A stretch of 17,352 nucleotides of DNA from Candidatus Uhrbacteria bacterium (GCA_016205965.1 JACQSM010000077.1:1-17352), one strand, 5' to 3'. Numbered from the stretch's first letter, positions 9,126 to 15,584 are shown. Translations and numbers: made by a program. Notes: generated from the sequence alone by a model not told the origin.

Positions 9126-11174
9126 TCACGAGCAGGCGAACTGCTCCCGCCAGGTCACGCGCTTGAGCGAAGCGCCCTGGAACGCGGCATTCTGCTCCAG
9201 CTTGGGATACGTCCCGCGCTGGGTGCCCTTGCCGGCGTCCCAGGCGATGGCCTTGGAGCCGGTGACCTCCATGGCGAAGATGATGGCCCGCTTGAGATAG
9301 CGGACGGTAATCAAGCGCTGACGCACCTGCTTGACCCTGGTCCCGGCCTGCGCGTGGCTCATCTTGGCCGCGGCCTCGGCGTAGCTGCCGGCCTTGTACT
9401 TCATCAACCGGTACTCCACGCACCCGGCCTCGTACGTCTCCACCGGCACGCCCTGAACCTTCTCGGCCCGGCCGTGGTGGAACTCGTCCTCCTCGCCGTC
9501 ATCCTCGCCGGACGGAACCGTTGCCCCGATGCGGGCGTTGAGCGCCGTCTGCTCGGCCTTGAGCTCGGCCTCTTCCTGCATCAGCTTGACGAGTCCGAGC
9601 GTGGCCGGATTGCTCCAGTTGCCCGAGATCATCTTGATGTTGCGCAGGTTGAGGGTGTAGCACTTGCCGGGCACGTGCTTCTCGACGGCGCCGATCACCC
9701 CGGCCGACTGCAGATCCGCGAAGCTCTTGTCGGTCAGGACCGCCTCGAGCTCGGGCGTGTGCAGATTGCCGTCCAGGATGATGTTGAAGGTCCGATGCAG
9801 CTTCTTGTCTTCGGCCGGGCCGCCGTTCTCGGGCAGCACCTTGGCGTCGACCACGCACTGGACCGAGAAGTTGAAACGCGCCTTGTGGCTGCGGTAGCCG
9901 ACCACTCTCATGGTCTTGCCCAGCGGCGACGGGATGATGCGCGGGTCGCGGGTCATCTCGCCCGAGCGCTTGTAGGCGCCCTTGCCGAGGTAGACCACGT
10001 TGCCCTCGTCTTCCATCAGCGCCCGCAGGACGTTGAGCACGTTATGGTTCGGCCCCTTGGGCTTCAAGCCTTCGCCGATGTGCTTGCGGTCCCGGAACAT
10101 GCGCCGGAACTCGTCGGCCGTCTCGCGCTTCTCGCGCGGCGTGTACGACGAACCCGCCTTCTCGGCCAGGCCGTCGGCGCCGGCATTGATGAGGATCTCC
10201 ACGGCCCCGGCGCTGTCCCCGGTGATATACAGATAGGCCGCCTTGGCGATGGCGTAGCTCTTGGCCGACTCCGGCGTCAATGCCGTTGCCTTGACCGTCT
10301 GTTCCACCTTCTGGCCGTTCATCCGTCCGCGGATGGTGAACTCGTCGCATTCCTGGGTCAGCTCCACGAACAGCGTGGTCTTGCCCTGGTATGCGCCGCG
10401 GGTCCGGACGTGACCACCATCGCCGATGCTGGTCAACTCGGGCGTGGTCTTGAAGACCCTCCCCGCCGGGCCCTTGGCCGGCACGATCGCAAGGTCGAAG
10501 TTGACCGGGCGCGTGTCGCGGAAGACTTCGTCGGCGCTGACGATGGCCGGTCCGAAGTCCTCGATGTCGGAGATGTGGCGGTAGATGCCGGTGTAGCCGG
10601 CCGCCTCGGTCAGCGTCTCCATGAAATCCTGGTTGTAGTGGACGCCGTAGCCGATGACGGAAACGGAAGCGCCGGCCTCATCGAGCGCGCGAACCACGCT
10701 GAACGCCTTCTGCTCCTCCGCGTCCACGCTCCACCGGCTCGGCATGGCGCAGCCATCGGTGAACAGCACCGCATGGTGCAGCATGTCCTTGCGCGCCAGC
10801 CGCTCGACGGTCTGAAGCGTCAGCACGAGCGGCTCCGAGAAGACGGTGGTGTCCATGACGCGAACCTCCTTCTCGACGGCCTGCTTCAGCAGCTCGCGAC
10901 CGGCATGGTTGCACTGCGTCGGGCCGGCGATGAGCTTGGCCCGGTCATGGCCCGAGAAGACGATCACCGACGCGAAGTCGTTGTCGCCCAGCTCGGACAG
11001 GTACTTCTGGCTGTCGCTCTTGAGGTCGTTGATGTTCCCGCCCATCGAGACGGAACAGTCCTCGATCAGAATGGTGTGGCGGAATTCCGGCGTGGCGACG
11101 TCGCCCACATCCAGATCCACCATGACCACGTGCCGAAAACCCTTGATCAAACCTGACTGTGCGTAAATTTTCAA
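9126..11174 (-). CDS. Large von Willebrand factor A (vWA) domain protein with complete MIDAS motif; C-terminal ~450 aa of unknown fold.
   Basis: Contains RHTILIEDCSVSMGG (the DxSxS MIDAS motif), VIVFSGHD and LFTDGCA, a typical vWA beta-sheet order. Preferred start is TTG at 11174 with AAGGAG 6 nt upstream. The alternative ATG at 11237 (703 aa) lies ~9 nt from a predicted TSS and has no RBS. The gene is flanked by its own promoter-like element and terminator. Confidence 0.75.
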   Translation of the reverse strand: MKIYAQSGLIKGFRHVVMVDLDVGDVATPEFRHTILIEDCSVSMGGNINDLKSDSQKYLSELGDNDFASVIVFSGHDRAKLIAGPTQCNHAGRELLKQAVEKEVRVMDTTVFSEPLVLTLQTVERLARKDMLHHAVLFTDGCAMPSRWSVDAEEQKAFSVVRALDEAGASVSVIGYGVHYNQDFMETLTEAAGYTGIYRHISDIEDFGPAIVSADEVFRDTRPVNFDLAIVPAKGPAGRVFKTTPELTSIGDGGHVRTRGAYQGKTTLFVELTQECDEFTIRGRMNGQKVEQTVKATALTPESAKSYAIAKAAYLYITGDSAGAVEILINAGADGLAEKAGSSYTPREKRETADEFRRMFRDRKHIGEGLKPKGPNHNVLNVLRALMEDEGNVVYLGKGAYKRSGEMTRDPRIIPSPLGKTMRVVGYRSHKARFNFSVQCVVDAKVLPENGGPAEDKKLHRTFNIILDGNLHTPELEAVLTDKSFADLQSAGVIGAVEKHVPGKCYTLNLRNIKMISGNWSNPATLGLVKLMQEEAELKAEQTALNARIGATVPSGEDDGEEDEFHHGRAEKVQGVPVETYEAGCVEYRLMKYKAGSYAEAAAKMSHAQAGTRVKQVRQRLITVRYLKRAIIFAMEVTGSKAIAWDAGKGTQRGTYPKLEQNAAFQGASLKRVTWREQFACS

Positions 11175-11252
11175 AGTCCTGCTCCTTGGTGGGGCGGATT
11201 CGCCAGGAACCCGCGCGTTCGTTTGCCCCGAGGTCATCCCGAGACATGGCGG

Positions 11253-11281
11253 TTTGTAGCAAAAAAATAACGGTTCGTCAA
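11253..11281 (-). promoter_or_regulatory. Candidate promoter for the vWA gene: TTGACG -35 (11281-11276), 17-nt spacer, TACAAA -10 (11258-11253).
   Basis: Minus-strand sequence TTGACGaaccgttatttttttgcTACAAA lies between the Ubl terminator and the vWA gene. The predicted TSS is ~11246. Confidence 0.35.
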
Positions 11282-11289
11282 GGTCCTGT

Positions 11290-11317
11290 AATTAAAAAAC
11301 CGCCGCTCATGCGACGG
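11290..11317 (-). terminator. Intrinsic terminator (or attenuator) after the Ubl gene.
   Basis: Minus-strand RNA CCGUCGC-AUGA-GCGGCGG (7-bp stem including one G-U pair), followed by UUUUUUAAUU. Starts ~28 nt after the Ubl TGA. Confidence 0.5.
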
Positions 11318-11344
11318 TTCGTAGCGCGTCTGCCGCCCTCGGGA

Positions 11345-11599
11345 TCACGAGCCCTGGGGGCGCTCCTCCACCTTGACAGAGACGACATTGGCCAATGCCC
11401 TGTCGCCCGGACCGACGAAGGTGTCGAGCGTGGCCGGCTTGTCGTTGACGTACAGGTCCTTGTTCTTGGCCGAGACGCCGGCCTCCTTGAGCACCTCGCC
11501 CAGCTTGGCGCCGCTCTTGTTGACTTCCACCTGCTGGACCTTGGGCTTGCCCTGCTCACCGTTGACCTTCAACTCAACCTTGAACTTTCCCGCAGCCAT
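11345..11599 (-). CDS. Small beta-grasp ubiquitin-like protein (ThiS/MoaD-like) with non-canonical C-terminus (…VKVEERPQGS).
   Basis: 84 aa, starting at MAAGKFKVELKVNGE with AAGGAGG 5 nt upstream. The alternating beta/alpha pattern and 'LYVNDKPATLDTFVGPGDRALANVVSV' resemble the ThiS/MoaD 'VNGE...L.DGDEV.I.PPVSGG' region. It ends in Gly-Ser after an 8-residue tail rather than Gly-Gly. Lies 37 nt downstream of the E1-like gene. Confidence 0.55.
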   Translation of the reverse strand: MAAGKFKVELKVNGEQGKPKVQQVEVNKSGAKLGEVLKEAGVSAKNKDLYVNDKPATLDTFVGPGDRALANVVSVKVEERPQGS

Positions 11600-11636
11600 G
11601 GCTGCCTCCTTGTTCTGGGCCCGACATTGGGCCATT

Positions 11637-12317
11637 TCAATCCTCGACCGGGGTTTCCACTTCGTCCGCCGCCTCTTCAGCGTCGAAATCCCTGGCCAGA
11701 AACCGCTTGTGTGGCCTCATCCTGCCACCGGACCACTGAACTGTCAACTGTTTGACGACCCAGTTGGCCGCGTCGACGGCGACGAACACGATGCTGTGCT
11801 GGCCGCAATGCTGCATATTGGCCTCGCTCGACGGATACAGAAAGTGCTCGTAGTAGGCCTTATTCTGGACGTCGCATGGCTTGAGCGCGAAGATGGACAA
11901 GAACTCGACCGTGATCCGGGTGTCGATGAAGGCGTCGACCAACCCGTTGTCCTTCACCTGGTCCCAGATCAGCTTGCGCGCCTCCATGGAGTCGACGCAG
12001 GCGATGACCGTTCCCTTGAGTGGCTCGCCGGCGTACATCCGCTGGATGACCTTGAGGTTCACGCCGCTCTTGGCTCGGACCAGGCGCTCCAAGGCCGTGA
12101 CCTTGAACATGCCGATGTCGTCCTGACCGTAAGCCGAGGGCGCGATGTTGTGCGACTCAATGCCGTCTTCGTCGTAGACTGTGATGTCGTTGACGCCGAG
12201 TTTGGCCAGGATGTCCACGACCCAGCTGCCGACCGAACCGGCGCCGATGACGGTCACCGGCGAGGCGTTCAGCGGGTTGAAGATCTTGGACTGCTGCGAC
12301 AAGTTGAGCGCGTTCAT
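11637..12317 (-). CDS. E1-like enzyme of the ThiF/MoeB/HesA superfamily (ubiquitin-activating-like Rossmann fold), minimal form.
   Basis: 226 aa, starting at MNALNLSQQ with GGAGG 7 nt upstream. It has the nucleotide-binding loop VTVIGAGSVGSWVVDILAKLGV, the acidic DITVYDEDGIE segment and the D-x4-R motif (CVDSMEARK). Candidate catalytic Cys residues at KPCD and QHCG. There is no CxxC...CxxC zinc motif and a divergent HNIAPS replaces the usual NLxRQ. The ATG overlaps the stop of the upstream E2-like gene (ATGA). Confidence 0.8.
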   Translation of the reverse strand: MNALNLSQQSKIFNPLNASPVTVIGAGSVGSWVVDILAKLGVNDITVYDEDGIESHNIAPSAYGQDDIGMFKVTALERLVRAKSGVNLKVIQRMYAGEPLKGTVIACVDSMEARKLIWDQVKDNGLVDAFIDTRITVEFLSIFALKPCDVQNKAYYEHFLYPSSEANMQHCGQHSIVFVAVDAANWVVKQLTVQWSGGRMRPHKRFLARDFDAEEAADEVETPVED

Positions 12318-13801
12318 GGAAAAACCTCCGGGGCGACCGGCGCGTTGCCGGTTGGGCCGTCGTTGTTGGGTACGGCGGTTTCGCGGCTTTCCGCCGGCGT
12401 CGGGAGCGACTCCGGCGGCCAAGTCTCGATCTTCACCCGCGCGATCGCCGGCGTGTAGCCGTACTCGAGCCAGCGCAGCACGTGCAGGACGGCATCGGCG
12501 TAACGATGCTCGCCGGCCGCTTGGGTGATGACGTCGGTGACGTTGCCGAAGCAGGGCGTGCCGTCATCGTTGATGTGCGGATGCGACTCGTTCTTCGGGT
12601 GCGTCGGCGACTCGTTCCAGAGGCTGACGCGGCCATGCTGATTGATCCGGATGACGAACTCGCCGACCGGATAGCGCCGGCCGGCATGCTCGATCACGAT
12701 CTGCTTGGTGCCGACGTGCAAACCGTCCTGGACCAGCTCCACCGACGCGACTAGTGGATGGGAGATCAAACGGCGCGTGTCTTCTGGCACGCGCGACAAC
12801 TCCCTTTCAATGAAACCGGAGGTCGTGAGGGTATCGCGGAACATCTCGTACTCGCGTCTGACGCGATACATCACGGCCAGCTGCTGGCGATAGACGTCGA
12901 TTTCGGCATCACACCGCGCAATCTCCTCGGCGATATGTTTGGCTTTTGGGTCGAGCCATTTCTGCGCCATCTGCTTGAGCGCGCCGCGCCGGATGCGGGC
13001 CGGTTTCTTCTTGGCTGGCTTGGCCCGAAGACCTTCCCAGGCCAGCTTCACCATCGATTCGAACACTTGTTGTTGGCGGCCGAGGTCCTTGTCGCTGATG
13101 ACCGGAATCAAGAAGTAGACATTGGAGCCGACGATCTGCACCAACGGCCCCTTGTCGTCTTCGAGCACCGTCCCGCGTCCAGCCGACGGCCCATGACCAA
13201 TGCGGCGATCCAAGCCGTTCTTGAGGTCGATACCGAAGGCGGAGTCGATGTATCTCGTGGCACCGTCGCCCGGCGGACGGCTGTTGGTGTAGATGTGGAT
13301 CTCTCCATCCTTGTCCGGCTGCGGCGCTTTCGGCAGGCCGCCATTGGCATGATAGTAGACGTGCAGGCCGCTCAAACAGGCCAGACGTCGAAGATAGGCG
13401 AAGACCAGCGCATAGGTGGCCGCGTATTCCTCGCGTTCCTTGGCTTCGAGCTTGTCCATGTCCACGACCGTGAGCATTTCTCTCCTCAACGGATAATGGA
13501 GGTCGAGGAAACGGTGGCCCATGATACAGGACGTAGTTTGCCATTCTTCTTTGGCGTCGGAACCGGCGAGACTCTTGGCAAGCGCCACGACCAAGTCATA
13601 CTTCTGCTTCCCGGTCGAAAGCAGGCAGACGTCGATGTCGAGTCCGTCGAAGTTTACCGTCTTGAAGCGCGGTTTGAGGCCGGCCTTTGCGAAGGCCTCA
13701 TCCTTGCCTCGCACCAGCCATGCCGGAAGGCAGAAGAGGTTTCTGGAGTTCTTCGGGGCCGGAGTCTCGGATTCGGTTTCCTTCTTCTCCGCGGGATCCA
13801 T
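12314..13801 (-). CDS. 495-aa fusion protein: uncharacterised N-terminal ~330-aa region plus a C-terminal E2/UBC-like ubiquitin-conjugating domain.
   Basis: C-terminal 'YPVGEFVIRINQHGRVSLWNESPTHPKNESHPHINDDGTPCFGNVTDV...ADAVLHVLRWLEYGY' fits the UBC pattern (strand pair, HPN/HPH loop, G-x-x-C catalytic Cys, following helix). AGGAGG RBS 5 nt upstream of the ATG at 13801. The stop overlaps the E1-like start. Antisense ORF 12758..14071 is rejected. Confidence 0.65.
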   Translation of the reverse strand: MDPAEKKETESETPAPKNSRNLFCLPAWLVRGKDEAFAKAGLKPRFKTVNFDGLDIDVCLLSTGKQKYDLVVALAKSLAGSDAKEEWQTTSCIMGHRFLDLHYPLRREMLTVVDMDKLEAKEREEYAATYALVFAYLRRLACLSGLHVYYHANGGLPKAPQPDKDGEIHIYTNSRPPGDGATRYIDSAFGIDLKNGLDRRIGHGPSAGRGTVLEDDKGPLVQIVGSNVYFLIPVISDKDLGRQQQVFESMVKLAWEGLRAKPAKKKPARIRRGALKQMAQKWLDPKAKHIAEEIARCDAEIDVYRQQLAVMYRVRREYEMFRDTLTTSGFIERELSRVPEDTRRLISHPLVASVELVQDGLHVGTKQIVIEHAGRRYPVGEFVIRINQHGRVSLWNESPTHPKNESHPHINDDGTPCFGNVTDVITQAAGEHRYADAVLHVLRWLEYGYTPAIARVKIETWPPESLPTPAESRETAVPNNDGPTGNAPVAPEVFP

Positions 13802-13812
13802 TTATGCCTCCT

Positions 13813-13840
13813 AGGCACGTCGTTCGCGAACGACGTGCCT
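13813..13840. promoter_or_regulatory. 28-bp perfect palindrome AGGCACGTCGTTCG|CGAACGACGTGCCT in the 5' leader of the E2-E1-Ubl operon (operator or RNA hairpin).
   Basis: Perfect dyad with 14-bp arms and no mismatch. It lies immediately upstream of the AGGAGG Shine-Dalgarno (13807-13812) of the E2-like gene and downstream of a promoter-like element. Confidence 0.5.
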
Positions 13841-13886
13841 TGTTGTAATGTCAATGATCCGCCTGCCGTTTTTTGGCAGACCGCTC

Positions 13887-13914
13887 ACCTTAGCACTTTT
13901 TCGGCGGGCGTCAA
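13887..13914 (-). promoter_or_regulatory. Candidate promoter for the E2-E1-Ubl operon: TTGACG -35 (13914-13909), 16-nt spacer, TAAGGT -10 (13892-13887).
   Basis: Minus-strand TTGACGcccgccgaaaaagtgcTAAGGT sits between the upstream gene stop (13923) and the palindrome. The -10 match is weak. Confidence 0.3.
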
Positions 13915-13922
13915 GCGGAGGA

Positions 13923-14495
13923 CTAATCGCACGAACACGGACCCCAATGATGGATGTCGTGGTGTTTGCACGGACAGGATGCGTGACTGCGCCAGAAAGC
14001 CGGGCAGCCGGCATTCGCCTTTTCTTCGCCTAAAAACTCGCCTTCGGGCGGCAGACGAAAATCAGCAGTGAGCTTTTCCGGCAATACCTTATACAGGGTT
14101 CGGTCGTCCTCAAGCGTCAGCGGCCTTCCTTTCATATCCCGATGCGCGGCGATCGCTTTCATGAGCCGATCGAGTTCGAGCCGCAAAGATTCTTCGGACA
14201 TCACCTCGAGATCATCGTCCCATTTTTGAGAATCGGCCTGTGCATCGGCAGGAATCGGATCCGCCGCATCGGCCCGGCGATGCGTGAAAAAATCGCGACA
14301 TCGCGCCATCATCTCGTCATGCGGCGGCAGAGCCGTCGGCTTGGGCGGCGTATCCTCGAGCAGCGCCCAAAGCTTATAATCGTCCAGCCAGCAGCGATCA
14401 TCGCCCTTTTGGTCGCGATGATAACGGATGCTCTGCCGAAATTTTTTGATCGCCGCGGAGAGTTTCCCGCGAGTCATGTTTTGATCGAAGATCAT
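13923..14495 (-). CDS. Hypothetical protein with Cys/His-rich C-terminal cluster (CPAFWRSHASCPCKHHDIHHWGPCSCD), possible metal-binding (treble-clef-like) module.
   Basis: 190-aa ORF 9 nt downstream of the HAD gene stop and 120 nt upstream of the E2-like gene on the same strand. Sense-like codon usage in a lower-GC stretch. No RBS at either candidate ATG (14495 or 14477). No recognisable family. Confidence 0.4.
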   Translation of the reverse strand: MIFDQNMTRGKLSAAIKKFRQSIRYHRDQKGDDRCWLDDYKLWALLEDTPPKPTALPPHDEMMARCRDFFTHRRADAADPIPADAQADSQKWDDDLEVMSEESLRLELDRLMKAIAAHRDMKGRPLTLEDDRTLYKVLPEKLTADFRLPPEGEFLGEEKANAGCPAFWRSHASCPCKHHDIHHWGPCSCD

Positions 14496-14504
14496 TTTTT
14501 GATC

Positions 14505-15155
14505 TTACACCGTTGGCGCGCATGTCGATAATTCGCGGCCGATTTCGCGCAAACATTCACCGGCATTCCGATGGGCATCGACACGAAATGCGCGGCCGCC
14601 GAGCTCGTCGAACAGATCGCAGGTCTTCCTCGAATCATCGACCAAAAAAGCGTTCGACATCGGGACGCCGAATTCGTCGGCGAGATCGGCGAAGGTCCGA
14701 CCGCGTTGATCGGTTTTCAAACGCCTGACATCCGAACTGTTGACGATACGATCGAAAAATTCGTCCAGCCGGAGCGCCGCGATCGTGAATCTCGAGAAAC
14801 AATCCATGTTATCGGTGACCAGCGCCAGGCGCGCTGTTTTGCGGAGGTCGCGTAACAGAGGGATCGCGTCGTCATGCAGCCGCATATTTTTGCAGCTTTC
14901 CGCCAATGCATCCATCAATGATTCTGCGGGCACTGAAAGCTGCGGCGCCAATAGGTCGCAAATTTCTTCCGAGGACAGCTCCCCCAGCATCCACTGACGA
15001 ACCCGGCCGCGATCGGCGCCGAACAGCAGCGACTGAATCTTTTGGTAAATCTCCGGCCGCATAGTTTGGAAAGATTGCCAAAACCGCGAACCGGACAGCG
15101 TCCCGTCCCAATCGATGAACACCAATGGCCTCCGTTGAACATTCCCGATTCCCAT
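14505..15155 (-). CDS. HAD-superfamily hydrolase/phosphatase.
   Basis: 216 aa, starting at MGIGNVQRRPLVFIDWDGTL (HAD motif I DxDGT). Motif II is LALVTDN and motif IV is AFLVDDS. The longer start at 15206 would overlap the divergent plus-strand gene head-to-head. Confidence 0.7.
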   Translation of the reverse strand: MGIGNVQRRPLVFIDWDGTLSGSRFWQSFQTMRPEIYQKIQSLLFGADRGRVRQWMLGELSSEEICDLLAPQLSVPAESLMDALAESCKNMRLHDDAIPLLRDLRKTARLALVTDNMDCFSRFTIAALRLDEFFDRIVNSSDVRRLKTDQRGRTFADLADEFGVPMSNAFLVDDSRKTCDLFDELGGRAFRVDAHRNAGECLREIGRELSTCAPTV

Positions 15156-15170
15156 GATACCAAGTATAAG
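15142..15170 (+). promoter_or_regulatory. Candidate promoter for the small plus-strand ORF: TTCCCG -35, 17-nt spacer, TATAAG -10.
   Basis: TTCCCGattcccatgataccaagTATAAG, ending ~35 nt upstream of the ATG at 15205. The -35 match is weak. Confidence 0.25.
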
Positions 15171-15204
15171 ATAACGCGATTTCAGGCGCGAGGAGGAGTC
15201 CGTC

Positions 15205-15519
15205 ATGACGAAGAAAACAACGGCGAAGGTTTCAAAGAAGTTGCGGAAAATCTACGGCGACGCCAAAAAAGAGGGCATCTGGATCCGCGAATACAAGGGC
15301 GGTACCGGTTATCTGGCGGCCGCCGGCTACATGAAGGTCATCGAGGCCTGGGAAAAGAAGCTAAGCCGCAAGATCGACATCGAAAAACTCGAACTCGGCG
15401 ATGTGGTCGCCGTCGCCGCTCCAGGAACCGGCAAGACCAGGGAAGAGGCCTGCGAAAATGCCGTCACGAACCTAAAAAAAAGCGAGAAACCTCGCAGAGC
15501 TTCCAAGCCGCGTCGCTGA
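15205..15519 (+). CDS. Small lysine-rich basic protein (104 aa), function unknown (possible nucleic-acid-binding/regulatory protein).
   Basis: Strong AGGAGGAG RBS 6 nt upstream of the ATG. Clear third-position G/C bias. Occupies an otherwise empty intergenic segment, divergent from the HAD gene and convergent with the 349-aa gene. No family recognised. Confidence 0.5.
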   Translation: MTKKTTAKVSKKLRKIYGDAKKEGIWIREYKGGTGYLAAAGYMKVIEAWEKKLSRKIDIEKLELGDVVAVAAPGTGKTREEACENAVTNLKKSEKPRRASKPRR

Positions 15520-15584
15520 CCGCGGCTTTTTCATTCGATGGATTAAAAAACTCCGCGGGATTTCCACGGAGCCGGTGAAGGCGC

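Noticed and set aside
9087-11156. 689-aa plus-strand ORF covering the vWA locus.
   Set aside because: Its ATG is the loop of the terminator hairpin. Its translation is G/L/A/R low complexity. The minus strand carries a complete MIDAS/vWA motif set and an RBS.
11345-12317. Interpretation of the E1-like and Ubl genes as an ordinary ThiF-ThiS or MoeB-MoaD sulfur-carrier pair.
   Set aside because: No thiG/thiH/thiE or moaE/moaA genes are nearby. The Ubl lacks terminal GG. The pair is translationally coupled to an E2/UBC-like protein. It is kept only as an alternative hypothesis to be tested by profile search.
12758-14071. 437-aa plus-strand ORF antisense to the E2-like gene.
   Set aside because: No RBS, no motifs, and it spans the palindrome and promoter region. 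The minus-strand gene has an AGGAGG RBS, UBC-like motifs and a coupled overlap with the E1 gene.
12314-14495. Search for a JAB/MPN (HxH-x7-S-x2-D) or papain-like deubiquitinase in the cassette proteins.
   Set aside because: No JAMM motif or obvious Cys-His protease signature was found in the 495-aa or 190-aa proteins by eye. The absence of a DUB is reported as an observation rather than a feature.
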